From Lytechinus pictus (Eukaryota): DNA of 64,000 nucleotides. Location: positions 744,001 through 808,000 of the forward strand of contig NC_087251.1 in NCBI RefSeq assembly GCF_037042905.1. Reading direction: 5' to 3'. The notes below the pieces were generated by a model. That model worked only from the letters and a program-made list of their open reading frames with translations, made no database searches and had not been told where the DNA came from. The translations under genes were made by a program, and so were the position numbers. Positions 23,913 through 37,450 of this stretch are shown here, piece after piece. Numbering within the stretch: the stretch's first letter is position 1; the number at the start of each line of letters is the position of its first letter.

Positions 23913-26197
23913 TCATCTACCCCCCCCCCAAAAAAAAAAAAAGAGGGAGAACTTTGATCGAACTTGTCATTATTACCATTACTTACCACATACGGCATCA
24001 TCCCTTCATAAGATCAAATATGGCAGTTGACATGCGACTCACATGTATTTCATAATGTCACTTAGCATCATTGTACTACTCTATGCTGCGCATCGCATTG
24101 CGTTCATTGTTGTACGCATTGTATATTTCACGCATTTGTGCATGCGCACTAGACTATTGAATATGGTGTCATATTCAACAGCAATCTGCGACGTTACTAC
24201 TACTACTACTGATGCTGCTGCTGCTTCTTATGATCGTGAGAAGGGTGAGGGTGACTCCCACCAACCCATCGACCTCCAAAATACTGCACAGGAATTGATG
24301 CACACCAAGATACGCGTTTTTAATGCTTCGCTAAAACGCTCTATATAGATGATAATATTTTATCTCTATTAATGTCTGTTAAAAGAAATTATTCACATTT
24401 CTAAAAAAAATCCATTAGGCCTCATCATCCATCTATAACACTAAAAGGATGAATTGATAAATTGAAATGAGAGATAAGCATTAAGAAATAAAATGCATGA
24501 AACCATGACACAAAACTGTAATGACTGATCATATTTTATTGGCTTACAATATGATCTGGAACTGATTGGTTAAATTTTAAACTCAATAAATGAATTTAAC
24601 AGGAATGCTCAATTTATAACATATCTTGCTTAACATTTTATCATTGTTGTTAGAAGTTGAAAACTCCCTTTAATCTCTTAAAGAACAATGGCAAGTTCAT
24701 ATACATGTATATGTATTAGAACAGGGCTTACAAAATTCATACTTTTTTAATTTTGTTTTTACTATGTACAGTCAATAGTGGGCATCAATATTCTTATATG
24801 TCGCTGGGCACAGATCTCAATAGTACAAAGTGAAAGTTGAATTTGTGCTTCAAATACAAATTGACCCTAAGATTATACACTAATTAGTCCTTCCTTGGTT
24901 TTATTAAAAAATAAACATATGACTGGACAGCAAGGAAGATCATTAGAGGCTACCAATCTATCTCCACAATGTACAAAAGTGCATTTCTATTCCTGGGACC
25001 TTCATCACAAAGCTTGGCAATTGATGTTAGAGATGATTAGTACAAAAGATTGAACACAGATGATCTATGGAATCAATCACAGAAATCAGCCTTGTGATCA
25101 AACTATAAACTTTGTTTCAGGAGACCTTGATCATTAAGATGCTCTACCTCATGCAAGCCTCATCTTTAATCCTCTCCAATTAACTTCCCATACAAGCAGG
25201 ATTGGGAATTATGTTTTGATATTAGACAAGGTATCACCTGTATGAAAACCATGTGATCATCTGGTGGAGCTATCTGACGGTGAGTAATCGCAATAGATAA
25301 GCTCTTTACAAGGGAAGAGATATTAGTCGTTGGATTAATTACACTTAAAAGGTCATCTTGGAGTAGCAAAACACACTTTGTTTTACTTTTTGTACATTTG
25401 ATTAGATCTTCAGATGAAGGCACATTAAGAATCTTAATTGTCTGCTACAGAAATCAATCAATCAAATGAACAATTTGTCTTATGGTATATCTTGAACAAT
25501 ATTGATAATTAAAACAACATTTGTAATTAAGTATAAATCATTAATGAGTTAATTACTGAACTGACTTGATCTAATTTCTAATGTGTCAATACACATGTAT
25601 CATACATTGATTTTTATTTGAAAATATCCAAAGTGAGCAAAGACACAAATATCAACTTTTTTCAAGGAAACATAAGGTTTTTAATCTTAATCCAATGAAT
25701 AATGAACTATGAAGTTATCTGTCCCTGTAACTGTCAATCATTATTGTAGTTATCTGTGATTTGTCATGCTGAGACAGACATCATAAACATACAATAATAG
25801 ATAAACCAGATATGGACTACTTGCTCTCTGTCTGACACTATTCCTTGAATGCATTCTGTATCGGTGGTACTTGGTACTAGTTACATGTATGCAATAAGCT
25901 TTAGTAGATAGTTCAGTACAAAAATTGTTTGGGTCTTACAATGAAGCCTATCTATTTCGAAAGAAAAAAAAATCACATTTTTTGTAAATGCTTAAAAAAA
26001 CCTAATGTATTTTGGCTGTGTTTTTACACTAATACACATTTAGAATATTATCAATGATGATAATGACAATCACAATCAAATCCTCTTTCCGCAATCATGT
26101 TTTCAAACTTGAATGACTGCCCCCCCCCCCCCTTTTATAACATCTCCTATCCCCTTCTCATCCACCATAATCCTCAATAGTCTCCTCTACTCTCTTA

Positions 26198-26785
26198 TAC
26201 CCCTTTCATACTACCCTCTTCATTTTTCACCGGCGAACTTCTCCGCCTCGCATTCCTCACTTCCCCGGCGAAGAAAAACATGTACCCTTTCGCACTGACA
26301 TTTCTTCCCCGGCGAAAGTCAACGGGCGATTGCAGAACAAACGAAAGAAAATTGTAAACATTACTTCTTACCTATTACAAAAAGGTATCAAAAAAATTAA
26401 TTACAACATATTTTGGAAGTATTACGATAAAACAAACAATATCACCTTGTTTTTATATTTTAGCGCATTTTATACATATAAAAAGTGCTTTTTAATAAAT
26501 ATTGTTAGTAAAAAAAAAAAAATGTTCGAGGGTATCTACTTGGCCATATAGCGTTCAGCTGAGCTTGCAACTATCGCGCGCGGAATCTCGGTACAGGGAA
26601 CTTCGGGAGAGAAAAAAATTGACCTCTGACGTCATTAAAGAGGAGAAGTTCTCCGGTTTGCTTTCATACTGGCCTTTTCACCGGCGAACTTCACCGGTGA
26701 AGTTCTCCTGTGTACCTTTCATACTGGACACTTTCCCCCTTCGCTGGCGAACTTCGCCGGTGAAAAGCGCAATATGAAAGGGGTC
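26198..26785 (-). mobile_element. PIF/Harbinger-type MITE family I, copy 3 (inverted, internal deletions)
   Basis: Reverse complement of 9281-9946 with TSD TTA/TTA. Lacks the TCTAGA-centred hairpin. Confidence 0.9.
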
Positions 26786-28921
26786 TTACAACCCCTAATA
26801 TTTCTCCTCATGTTATCTCCCTTCCCCTCTCTACCAGCCACCCCCCCCCCCCCTTCTCCATCCACTTAAAGCCCAATAAACCATTCTCCTTCATACACAT
26901 TTCCTTTTCATGCATTCACTACTGTATCTTTCATACATTTCTCCCATGTCTCCAATTAGAAATCTTTCATCTTCCTCCTGCCAGAAGTTCATCAAATCTC
27001 TCACTATGTATATCCACATTCACTGCCAAGCTGTCCACCCTAGTACTCATTATCTCATAACAGTTTCTAATAGGTTTGCATTGTCAATCATCATTATCAC
27101 AGCAAACCAACATTCTGCACATCATCTGTAGTGTCTGCCTGGTATGTATCTCTGGGTTCAGACTGTTGCCCAAGGGGAGGGGACAAGCTCTAATCTGTGT
27201 ACGATCCACCATTTACATCTGTCTCCAAGGCTTGGACACAGACTCTTAAGTCTAAACTGTGCAGATAATATGCAGATTATGTTTATGAGGGTCGCATGGT
27301 GCTAAAACATGACTAAATGGTAGGACCATGGACCTGGGAAGAAATCACACATGCAAATTTCAATTAAAAAAACATCTTTGCCCAACTGATTAACCCTATG
27401 ATAGGCAACTCTTTCATCCAAATTTCATTGCTGAGACCTTCAATCAGGGGCTTTCAGACTAGATGATTGGTAGACGAAGAGGCATGGGATATTCTCCTCC
27501 TATTGGATAATAGTGTGAACCCTAAGAATGACAGGGATGTTCTCATAGCAGCATGGCATTCATAGCAGATAAGATCTACATACTCATCTCACAATAAGAG
27601 CAATCAATCACTGATGAGTATTTCCCAATACTGTGTATGGACAGTGACCTGTCACACTGTTCATTTAGGCATTTAAAATCTTGAAGGTCAAAAGCCTGAA
27701 GGATGGACTACAAGAACTGTAAAAATAATTTGTGAACCAGACTGCAATCAACATCATTATTTATTGAATTTAAGAAAGAAATTGATGATTGATTGTAATT
27801 TTATCAACATGATATAATATATTCCTTCAACTACATTTAACTGTTTTTGTACAAAATTTATGGTTGGTGATATTTCTCTTTTCTATTTTGACAACACACA
27901 ACAGTCATGATACATCATTCTGTCTACTCCACTTTGTTCATTCTAGTCATGGTTAATATGATATTTACAAAATTTATGCTTGCTGCTAAATACAAGATTC
28001 TATCCAATACACTTGTTTGTCTGAATCACAGACATATGCAGCATTTGGGGTGTTTCTTTCACCTTCCTTAAAAACTTACATGTACATGAGTTTTGATTTA
28101 TGCATAAAATGTTGGCTCAGCAAAATGCAGTGCATTCCTTTATTTTACATTATTTTATAACCTACAATTTAAGAAACTGTGCGAGGGTTAAAGATCACAG
28201 CACAGCAGTTACCGGGATATTTCATAGGTCAAAGGACAAGCCTATCCTGCACATGACATTGTTCGCGTTCATATCACAACGTTATCAAATGCCAATATTG
28301 ACTATTGACTCGACAGACTGTTTGACTACTTGGCAAACCAAAATATTGTTATCAAACTACTTATGTAAAATAAAACTTTTTTTTTCGCATTTCCCTCAAA
28401 TCAACTCTTCCCTAGATGCTAGAGCAGATCCAATTTCTATAAAACTCCATCACTTCATGGTGAACAAATCCAACAAATATGGGGAAATTGACAGAATAGG
28501 ATTTATGAGAAGAGGTAATAAAGAGGTACAAGCAAGGCCAACCAAAATCACAAATGTAATAATTCTTTTTTTTTAATGGTTCCACTGGAATTCATTTAAA
28601 AGATCTTCATATTTGTTTACCATTTTCAACTCTTTCCAGTTTCTACTAAAAAAATACTGAGGATATGAAGGTGTTCTATACAGTGTCAAAATATGATATA
28701 AAATAAAATGATTGGCACATCAATACAATGCACTTCTATATAGGAAAATTTTACAAACGCTTCTGCTTATAAACATACACAAATTTTGTTTTTTATCAGG
28801 TAATCTAAAGATTTACCAATTTTATTTCAATTTTGATAAAACTTTCCCTTTAGACAGCGATCGGTACTCAATACTTCTAAACCTTTATTGCCGTCATATA
28901 CCATGATTTGTGACTGAGATT

Positions 28922-29129
28922 CACTGGCGGATCCAGGGGGGAGCAAAGCCAGCCCATGCCCCCCCCCCCCCCTTGAGAGCCACAATGAAGATTTGTAATG
29001 TAAAAATGCCATTAAAACGGAAGTGTGCCCCCCCCCCCTTTTGAAAGTGAAGACTTTATTTGCTTGTCAAATTTTTCCTTGGGGAAAATGTGCCCCCCCC
29101 CCTTATGTAAAATCCTGGATCCGCCCCTG
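28922..29129. mobile_element. hAT-type MITE (208 bp)
   Basis: TIR ca(ct/gg)ggcggatccagg. Exact 8-bp TSD CTGAGATT at 28914-28921 and 29130-29137. Confidence 0.9.
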
Positions 29130-30590
29130 CTGAGATTTGTCAGTGATTTTCACTGACAACTGTTATAAGCTACTAAAAATTCTTGCATCTGATTGGCTCA
29201 GAGCAAAAAAATATCAATGACAAGACTCTTCAAGAAACACTCCAGAGGGACTTGAAACTGGATTTTTTTAAATCTATGATACTAACAAAAAAATATGGAA
29301 ATATCAAAGCTATGATAGAGGTAGAGAAAGAAAATGATTTCATAAATTCATATATAAACATATTTATTTTATTGTTGAATTAAATATTCAAAAAATAAAA
29401 TTGATAAAGGTGAGGATGTAATTCAGTCTATGCTGAATACATTCTATCCAGTACTGTTCAATGATAGATAATATAAACAAATATTTTGAATTTCAATTCA
29501 TAAAAAGAGATATTCATAATAAATTGAAAATAATCCTTTGAAGAAAAACAAGGATAAGGGAGGAAATATTACCAAGTTCTATTAACTATTACACGCTAAC
29601 ACAGGTCCCTCTGAGAAGAATTTAAACTGTTGGTCCTCTGATTGGCTCCTGCTTATTAGCAATCAGCTAAAAACTCATCATCCGCACCACCACACAAACT
29701 GTATCAATCTCTTTTTTTCTATCCCATGGATTTAAAGTGGAGCTATAATTAATTTAGATATAGGTAAGTCGAGAAATAAGTGAATTAAAGAACAAATTTC
29801 AAATTGATTTTAAGAAATAGTGGTTAAGCAATTATTAAATGAAAGATGATAGTGATAAATTACCATTTTTATCTAGAAAAAAAAAGAAAACAAGAAATCA
29901 CAAAGATAAAATGCTAATGATAGGGTAATAGTGCATGTTAGATCTACATTACCCATGATGCTTTGAGTTCAGGTGGGCCTGGGTTGGGGTGATGGTAGGG
30001 TATGAAAATAAAAGTCAATATGTATGCACACTTGTCTTATTAGAAAATAAATACCTTGTATTTTGAGAGTGTGAAATTAAAGCAGATATCCATGAAAGAA
30101 AATACCCTCAATTTACTTTTCAATTTTCAGATAACATCATTCAGAGAGATTTAATGGTCAGTGTTGGGGGCTGATCTGTGATGTTTAAGCAATTTACAAG
30201 AACTTTTGTCCCATCAAGGACGAGAGGCCAGGTGATTCTTTAAAGAAATGAAAATGTAATTCACAGGTGGGGGGTGATTGCCAAGTATAAAATCCCCTAA
30301 TTTTGACTGAAATTAAGGAAATATAGAAAGTTGGTAAGGAGATTTAAGAGGTCTTGTTTTGCTTAATGCAATGATTATAGCCTTGTTTGATAGTCTGTTC
30401 ACATCATCATTATGGTCTGATCACGTTGCACCATTACCAAATTTCAATCGAATAAGTATTTTCCATTCTATATAAATGAGTAAAATGACCTATCTCAAAT
30501 TGATTTTTCATGGAGCTCAAAGGAAGGTTTTTTCAACAGCCTGAGTTTGCTCAATCTCAAGACTCCAGCTTAATCACCTAACTCTCTATA

Positions 30591-30735
30591 GGGGGTTTCA
30601 AATCGCCTCGATCATAAGAATCCCCGTTAAATTACAAGAACTTTTTTAGGCTAAAAAATACCCATTAATTATTCCAGCATTCACTGGAAAAAACATACAC
30701 TTCAGGATAAGTTCCTGAAGTTACAAGCATGTGCA
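30591..30735 (-). mobile_element. Terminal fragment of MITE family H
   Basis: Matches the reverse complement of about 44828-44974 (cgcctcgatca..aagaatccccgttaaattac...cctgaagtta..agcatg). Confidence 0.8.
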
Positions 30736-31466
30736 TGTAAAGATTTCAGACCAACAATCAAGCATTTGCTAAACGTTTAGTTCAAAACAGGTTTCATCCT
30801 TTGATTCCTTTCTCAATTTCATTCAAATGCCATTCTTTTTACTTGATAATCAATTAGATGAAGGAAAGAATGTGCATTACCTTGAAACATGGACCTCGTA
30901 CTCAGAGTAGTAGGTCCATGCTCGTAAGAGCATTACATGTACATAGCAGTCCAATATGTTCACATGCAAATCTAACAGTCTCTTACGTAAATAAGTGAAA
31001 TAAAATCAGATAAAGAGTCAAAAATATAAAATATCGCTTTTGATCAGCTTCCCCAAATTGAAGAATGATTGTAATTGATATTGTATGGTTGCTAACCTAA
31101 TTCATTACTTTTGTATGGATGCAATTTGAATTGTCTGTTAAACCATACAGCTTACAATATATGACCTTCAATATTCCAATAACTAATCAGTATTCAGCTC
31201 TTACAAGTACACTACATTTACATCTACATTAGATGAGCTTTTTTTCAGCTTTGTAATAAAGTCATTATCTTGTCAAAGGGGGGGGGGGAGATTAAGGTGC
31301 ATGAAACCAATTAAGAAGGAAGATGGTCACATTCCTAAAATCGAAACAAACAAAAGACATCAATCCCTAAAACCATCTAGGGTTTGTAGGGTTTGGGGGT
31401 GATGTCTTTTTTGTTTGTTTGCATGTATATGAAAATCATTTCATGCTTGACTACACTGAACAAAAA

Positions 31467-32175
31467 CAAGTGGAATGCCTCCGGCAGTCTCGCCTACATT
31501 ACGCGATTCAATATATATAGCGGCAGTGCTGACTTTGAAAACAGGCATTGAATAATTATTCACAAAAGAGAACATTCATATGATAATAAAATACTATGTC
31601 CATTGACCCAATATGACCTTTGACCATGATAATGTGATCTAAGATGTGTGCAAAACAATAATTTATACTTGATTACCCTTATGTCTATGTTTCATGAACT
31701 AGATCCATAAACTTTCAAAGTTACGATGGTAATTCAACAAATATCTCCAACATGGCCGAAGTTCATCGAACCTAAATGACCTTTGACTTTGGTCATGTGA
31801 CCTAAAAATCGCACAGGATGTTCAGTGATACTCGATTATTCTTATATCCAAGTTTTATGAACTAGCGTCATAAAAATTCAAAGTTACAAAGGAAATTCAA
31901 CAAATAACCCTAACATGCCCAAAGTTCATTGACCCTAAATGACCTTTGACCTTGGTCATGTGACCTGAAACCAAGGCAGGATGTTTAGTAATACTTGATT
32001 ACCCTTATGTCCAGGTTTCATGAACTAGGTCAATATACTTTCTAAGTTAGGATGTCATTTCAAAGACTTAACCTTAGGATAAGATTTGATGTTGACGCCG
32101 CCGCTGCCGTCGGAAAAGCGGCGCCTATAGTCTCGCTCTGCTATGCAGGCGCTTTGCTATGCAGGCGAGACAAAA
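31467..32175 (+). mobile_element. HINE/DINE-1-like element with three ~163-bp internal repeats
   Basis: Subterminal IR gtctcgcct (31487) / aggcgagac (32163). Terminal hairpin, (GCC)n tract and A-rich flanks. atgacctttgac recurs with ~163-bp period from 31600 to 32050. Confidence 0.75.
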
Positions 32176-33384
32176 CAAACACATGAGTACATGTATTTAC
32201 ATGCACGTATGCCTCATAAGCCAAGGGCTAAGATGTTGTTTTTATCTTTTTTTATAAATATCACTAGTCAATCAAGATTTTAATCCAGAAGGGTCTGGGA
32301 CCAAATCTGTTTGACATTTTGATAAAATATTCGATTTGAAGTTGATTTCAAATGCAATGTGTCAACTAAAATTTTGTGATCAATCCATACCAATGTTTAT
32401 TTCTATTAAATGCAGTCATGCCCATGATAGACCATAATTACATTTTATTTAACAAATAGACATATAATTAATCTTGTTTTAAATGACTTCCCAAAGTATT
32501 CAAATCAGGATGATGCTCTATAAAGCTGTTTTAGCCTTTAAGTAAGCTATACCCCATATATTTTCCTCAGTGTCAGACTTAAGTTTGGACTAGATTTCCA
32601 AAACAAAAACCCTAATCATAATTATTTTGACAAATTCTAAACTTTACATTGAAGTGCCTGTAAACAACAAGAATTCTATTCATATTTCAAATTTAAGTAT
32701 GAATCTGAAAAAAGCACTCAAAAACTTGATTCAGCACCCAACACCATGATCCATTTATTCATTAAGTCTTTATGAAACAGCCCTATGCAACTATCCTATT
32801 CTAAGTTGAGATGTCAGTAAATGTTTGAAAACTGTGCACTGATCATCAAATAATATATAGGCCTACTGACAATAGAATACAAGATCATGTTGTAAAGTGA
32901 ACAGGTACTTCTAATTGTCATGTGGAATATTTGTTTTGATCAGGTGTTTATGGGTGATTGATTGTTCCATTCCAGTGAGCACTTAGATGATATAGTCCAA
33001 CGAGCATCTATTATTTGATTTTATGCCATAGTATCATGTTTTAATGAAAAGTGTCAATTCTGATAATATTGTACAAGCAAAACATTTGTTTTCATTAAAA
33101 ATCATCATTCTTATATCCTTAAAGAAATTGTAGCTTTTATAAGAATAATGAAAATAATCTTATTTGTCCATGATGTCCTGTGGATAAATTCCTATACAAA
33201 TTTCATTTTGAGTTTTGCTATCTGATTTGTGTTTGTGTTGCCATTATTCTTGTTCAATGTCTTCATTGAACATTGAACGGTGTCTTGGCTCAGTTGGGAG
33301 AACGTCCATCTCACAAGCCCCAGCTGCATCAGACCAAACGGCGTTATGGGAGTTGCTGCTACCTTGTTTGGCGTTCAACATAAC

Positions 33385-33560
33385 AAGTCGAGGGAATGAT
33401 TTCTTAAGTCAAGAAAACAAGTTATAAGTCAAGTAAACAAGTTACAAGTCAAGAAAGAACAACAAGTTATAAGTCAAGGGAACGAGTTATAAGTAGAGGG
33501 AATGATTTACATATTTGAGGGAACAAGTTGCAAGTTTGAGATATATAGCAATTCAAGATT
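33385..33560. repeat. Degenerate ~19-20-bp minisatellite (aagtcaagggaacaagttat-like)
   Basis: Repeated aagtcaag...aacaagttat motifs. Confidence 0.7.
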
Positions 33561-34170
33561 ATGAGTTAATAATAAGTCATGGAAATGAGTCATGTAAGTT
33601 TATGAGCTCTGTACAAAGGCTTTAAAAATGATCTGGAATATAGATGATATCAAGTACTGAATAGGCTAGAGTACAGCCAAATTTGTCTTTTAAGGCCATC
33701 AAAGGGAATTAGAAAAAGTGTCCACTGGAAAGAGGTGGCATTTCTTAAAAAGTCAGGTTTACTCTACAGTATATTTAGATTTAAAGCTATGATAGTGTTA
33801 TTTATTAAAGTGTTATGGCTGCTGCAATAATAAAAGTGCTGCAATAACAAACATAAAAATGTCAATATTCCTAACAAAAGAACTTTAGGGAAATATACAG
33901 GCCCTGAACCATTCAACAAACAGGCAAACATAGGACCAAAAACCAATTCCATCCTTGCTATTTTGAGGAGAAACCATTTATTGGAGTTCATTACTGAGAT
34001 GTAATAGAACAGGTGTAGATATTGGTGAGAGTTGTAAATGAGATCCAACAGAGCAGTAATGTCTACCAAAACTTGTCTCCTCATTCTCAGACTCCCAGAC
34101 ATTGTGTTGTACAGTAGACCAAAGACATCTGGTAGAGAGTTAGTCATATACCAAACACATAATACTTATC

Positions 34171-34575
34171 CAGCTCACGACAATGGCACTGGTCTGACAG
34201 TCCCAGACCAGTAAAAATTGGGCCAGTAACTTTTCAGAAATAGTCCTGACGGACCAGTAAATCTCAAACTGATATAAATAATATTTCATCCTCTTTTGTA
34301 AATTACAAAAATGGTTCTGGCATCTTAAAAATGGCTCTTGTGAATTATTTGTGTGTGTGCTATTTGTCTGTATGTTTTTTTTGGGGGGTGGGGGCAATAA
34401 AAGCAATAAGAGACAGCAAAATAAACTCAAATCTTTTTGTGTTTTCCTTTATTTTGGGGACTAGTAAACTTTAGGTTCGGACCAGTAAAAAAATAGAAAA
34501 ACTGGGTAGGCCTATCCACTGGTCCGACATGAACAGGTTGGAACAGTAGAAACAAAGGGTTAGTGTGGAGCCCTG
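34171..34575. mobile_element. Degenerate hAT-like MITE
   Basis: Right end ttagtgtggagccctg and repeated gaccagtaaa subterminal motifs on both sides. Left end and TSD are decayed. Confidence 0.45.
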
Positions 34576-35241
34576 ACTCATCACGATCCCTAGTAAGGGA
34601 AAACTAATATTTTTGTTTTGGTACATTATTCCTTATCTTGAACCTCACAAAATATCACTTAAAAATGTAGCTGAATCAGGTTACTGTGATGATAACAACA
34701 ACAAAAATACAAAGAAAGAGGATTTTCTGTTTTATAACATGCAACTGAAATCATCTTCTCTTGACACTCTGCTACGTTTTCATTTTGAGTTGTATTTCTC
34801 GCTCAAGAAATTTGACCTATAGAATGCTTAGTTTATGTCAAATATGTTTACTTCTCATTTTATGTTTAATCAACTTTAATAAACCATTCTTGACTTTTTG
34901 AAATTCAATAATTTCTGACCAAAATTTCCTCATGAAGATAAATTATATCCAAAATAAACAATCAACCAAGACAGTAATAAAAAAAAGTCTTCAAAGTTTT
35001 AATTATTGAAGAACATATCAATAGATTTTCATTATCTCAGAGACACTACACAAATTACCTCCTTCAGGGTAAATATTGAGATTGTAAGCAATAAAATCTA
35101 TTGAGGTTCCTGATGAAAAAGATAACTGTCTGATTTTGAAGTGGTAGAAAATGGCCAACCTGGAGCCAATGAACTGATTAGAATAAAAGAGATAAAAATT
35201 TCAAATTAAAAAGAGCTTTAGCAGCACTATCAGCCTCTTAA

Positions 35242-35340
35242 CCCTAAATAGACTGGGCTATTTCGACGCCTAAGACTGGGGGGCTGATTCAGCCTCCCCT
35301 TATGATCTCTCGGCCGTTGATCGCGCAATCGCGATGAAAA
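35242..35340 (+). mobile_element. piggyBac-like terminal fragment
   Basis: TTAA followed by CCCTAAATAGACTGGG and a short CpG-rich stretch. No partner end found. Confidence 0.45.
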
Positions 35341-36006
35341 TAACTTGATAAATAGATTTTTAAATAGTAAATAAAAATAAACAATCATGTCATCAATCAT
35401 AATCACAACTCTGTTTTAGTAAGGAAAACAAATTGTGTATGTTATTGGCAATACCTGGGCAATTGCATCATCATTGCTCTAATTAAACATAAAGAGAACA
35501 TTATTCAATCAAATTAGACTTGGTTAAATATAGAGTGTCTTCTAAAGCATAATATTAATAAAGGTTTGAAGCAAGTTACTATCGCCTATCATTTTTAAAT
35601 AATAAAAAATCCTCAAAATTATCAGTAAGTTCATCACTTCATGAATACATTAAAAAATCAGCGAAAGAAACCTGTAGGTATATTTCCATCTCTACCAATG
35701 ATGTCATAATAGCAGATGAGAGACAATAACTGTCATATTCCACACTTCTAAGTAAATATTTACAAGTAATGGAATTCTCCTTTGCAAACTAAAATTGGTA
35801 TTTTTCACATCCATGCATGGACAATGGCATTGAAGAGAGCAAATATCATTGTAAGATCTATCAATGTAAAATTATAAAGCTAAATGCCATGTCATGCCTG
35901 ATAAGAAGTTTGAATATATTCCTTTAAAGGAATTGTCTGCATGTAGGCATCATAGACTGTTAAACCATGGAGCCACTAACACATGGTTTAACTGACAATG
36001 AGTCAA

Positions 36007-36575
36007 ATGCATAAAAAGTAGCAATTGTAGTCATTGCTTCAAGCACAAGCAATCGCTAGCCATGCGAAAGGTCACACCTTTAATAGCAATTGCTCTATTT
36101 TGTATGCATAACCCTTTGCCTTTTCTTGCCTTCTGATAGCAATTGCTAGCAGTTTGAGTGACATCATGCTGGTGCAAACACAAATCACAGATCAAAAGCG
36201 CTGGACTTGTATGCAAAGGGTCACCTGAACTGGCAGTACAAATTATACTGCTTCTCTCATGTAACATCTTTTCTTTTAGATGTGGTGTCAAACTACTCCT
36301 TTGACTCGTTTCTAATAAATAAATTTGTAAGTGACGTTTGGTTAGCACTTTTGAGGAAGAAAACATACAGGATACAACTTGGGGTTCTCTCTCAGGTCAG
36401 TGCATAAACATGATTACAAAAAGTGGATGCCCTGATCAAGCAAACACTTAAGCTGGGATGATGGAGGTTGGTAAAAAAAAAACAAGCAAATGCATAAACG
36501 CACAAGCAAAAGGTTTGCTTTTTGCATATTCTTTTAGCAAAGGCCTAGCAAAAGCAATTGATATTTTTTATTCAT
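36007..36575 (-). mobile_element. Old MITE family M, copy 1
   Basis: Imperfect TIR atgcataaaaagtagcaattg / caattgatattttttattcat. 36290-36560 is the inverted homolog of the element at 41470-42937. Confidence 0.65.
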
Positions 36576-36866
36576 CTGACCCAATGTCACCCCGTACAAA
36601 ATTCAGATAGACACAGGTGCAATGTTGTTCACACATCTGTTCATGATAAAGTTGATAATAGTCAATCTAGCATGACATTTACCCCTACGTTTAAGCTATA
36701 TCCTTTGTACTGCAATCATTTATATAACAGAATGATATTTTTTGTTTAATCCATACTGTGCTTATAAGCACTTACAGATTATCACCACCACAGCAGTCCT
36801 CTGATCTAAGGCTTACCTGTTTACAAATGCATTATACATACTTCCCGAGGAGTCATTTGTCGCAAT

Positions 36867-37261
36867 AGGCAGTGCTGCACCAGCACGGGTTTTCACAATC
36901 TCGAGATTTTAGCCTGATCAGCCCTCTTCGCGATTAATCTTGAGATTCAAGAAACCCCATCTCCACCAGCGCAAGAAGAGCAATTCGTGCTCGAGCCAGG
37001 CATCGATGCATTATGGTCTGACGCAGTGAAGAAATAATCCTGAGTGTGTTTGCAACTGCAAATTACCGGGATAATTCGTAAATAGCGCACTATTTTGCAA
37101 TTAACCGAAGATGACTTGGGATTGCAATCTTGAGATTAATCCAGATAACTATCCTGATGATTGCGTCTCCATTACAAATAATCTTGAGATTGTTCAAATC
37201 GGGATAATTTGGTGGATTAGAAATAATGCGAATATTTGAAAACTCAGGCTGGTGCAGACCT
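36867..37261 (-). mobile_element. MITE family J, copy 2 (inverted, more decayed)
   Basis: Colinear reverse complement of 10484-10890 with many CpG-type changes. Confidence 0.85.
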
Positions 37262-37289
37262 AAAGTGACACACATATATACTAGACAAG

Positions 37290-37450
37290 TACATCCACAT
37301 CCTACCAGGTACCCATTTGAGAACTGGGTGGGGAGTAGCAAAATGTAGCTCGATGTCAAGGAGGCTGCAAGTAGCGGGTGCACTGGTGGGATTTGAACAC
37401 ACATGCTCTAATTTGATAGTCGGGGGGTCACAACCACTACACTATGACAT
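37290..37450 (-). mobile_element. Decayed tRNA-derived SINE
   Basis: B-box-like gttcaaatcc on the minus strand near 37390 and a ccaggtacccattt...ctgggtg core. Confidence 0.45.

Noticed and set aside
9365..26777. Near-identical small ORFs (..RERKKLTSDV..) at 9365, 13716 and 26502 as a gene family
   Set aside because: All lie inside copies of MITE family I and have no recognisable domain.
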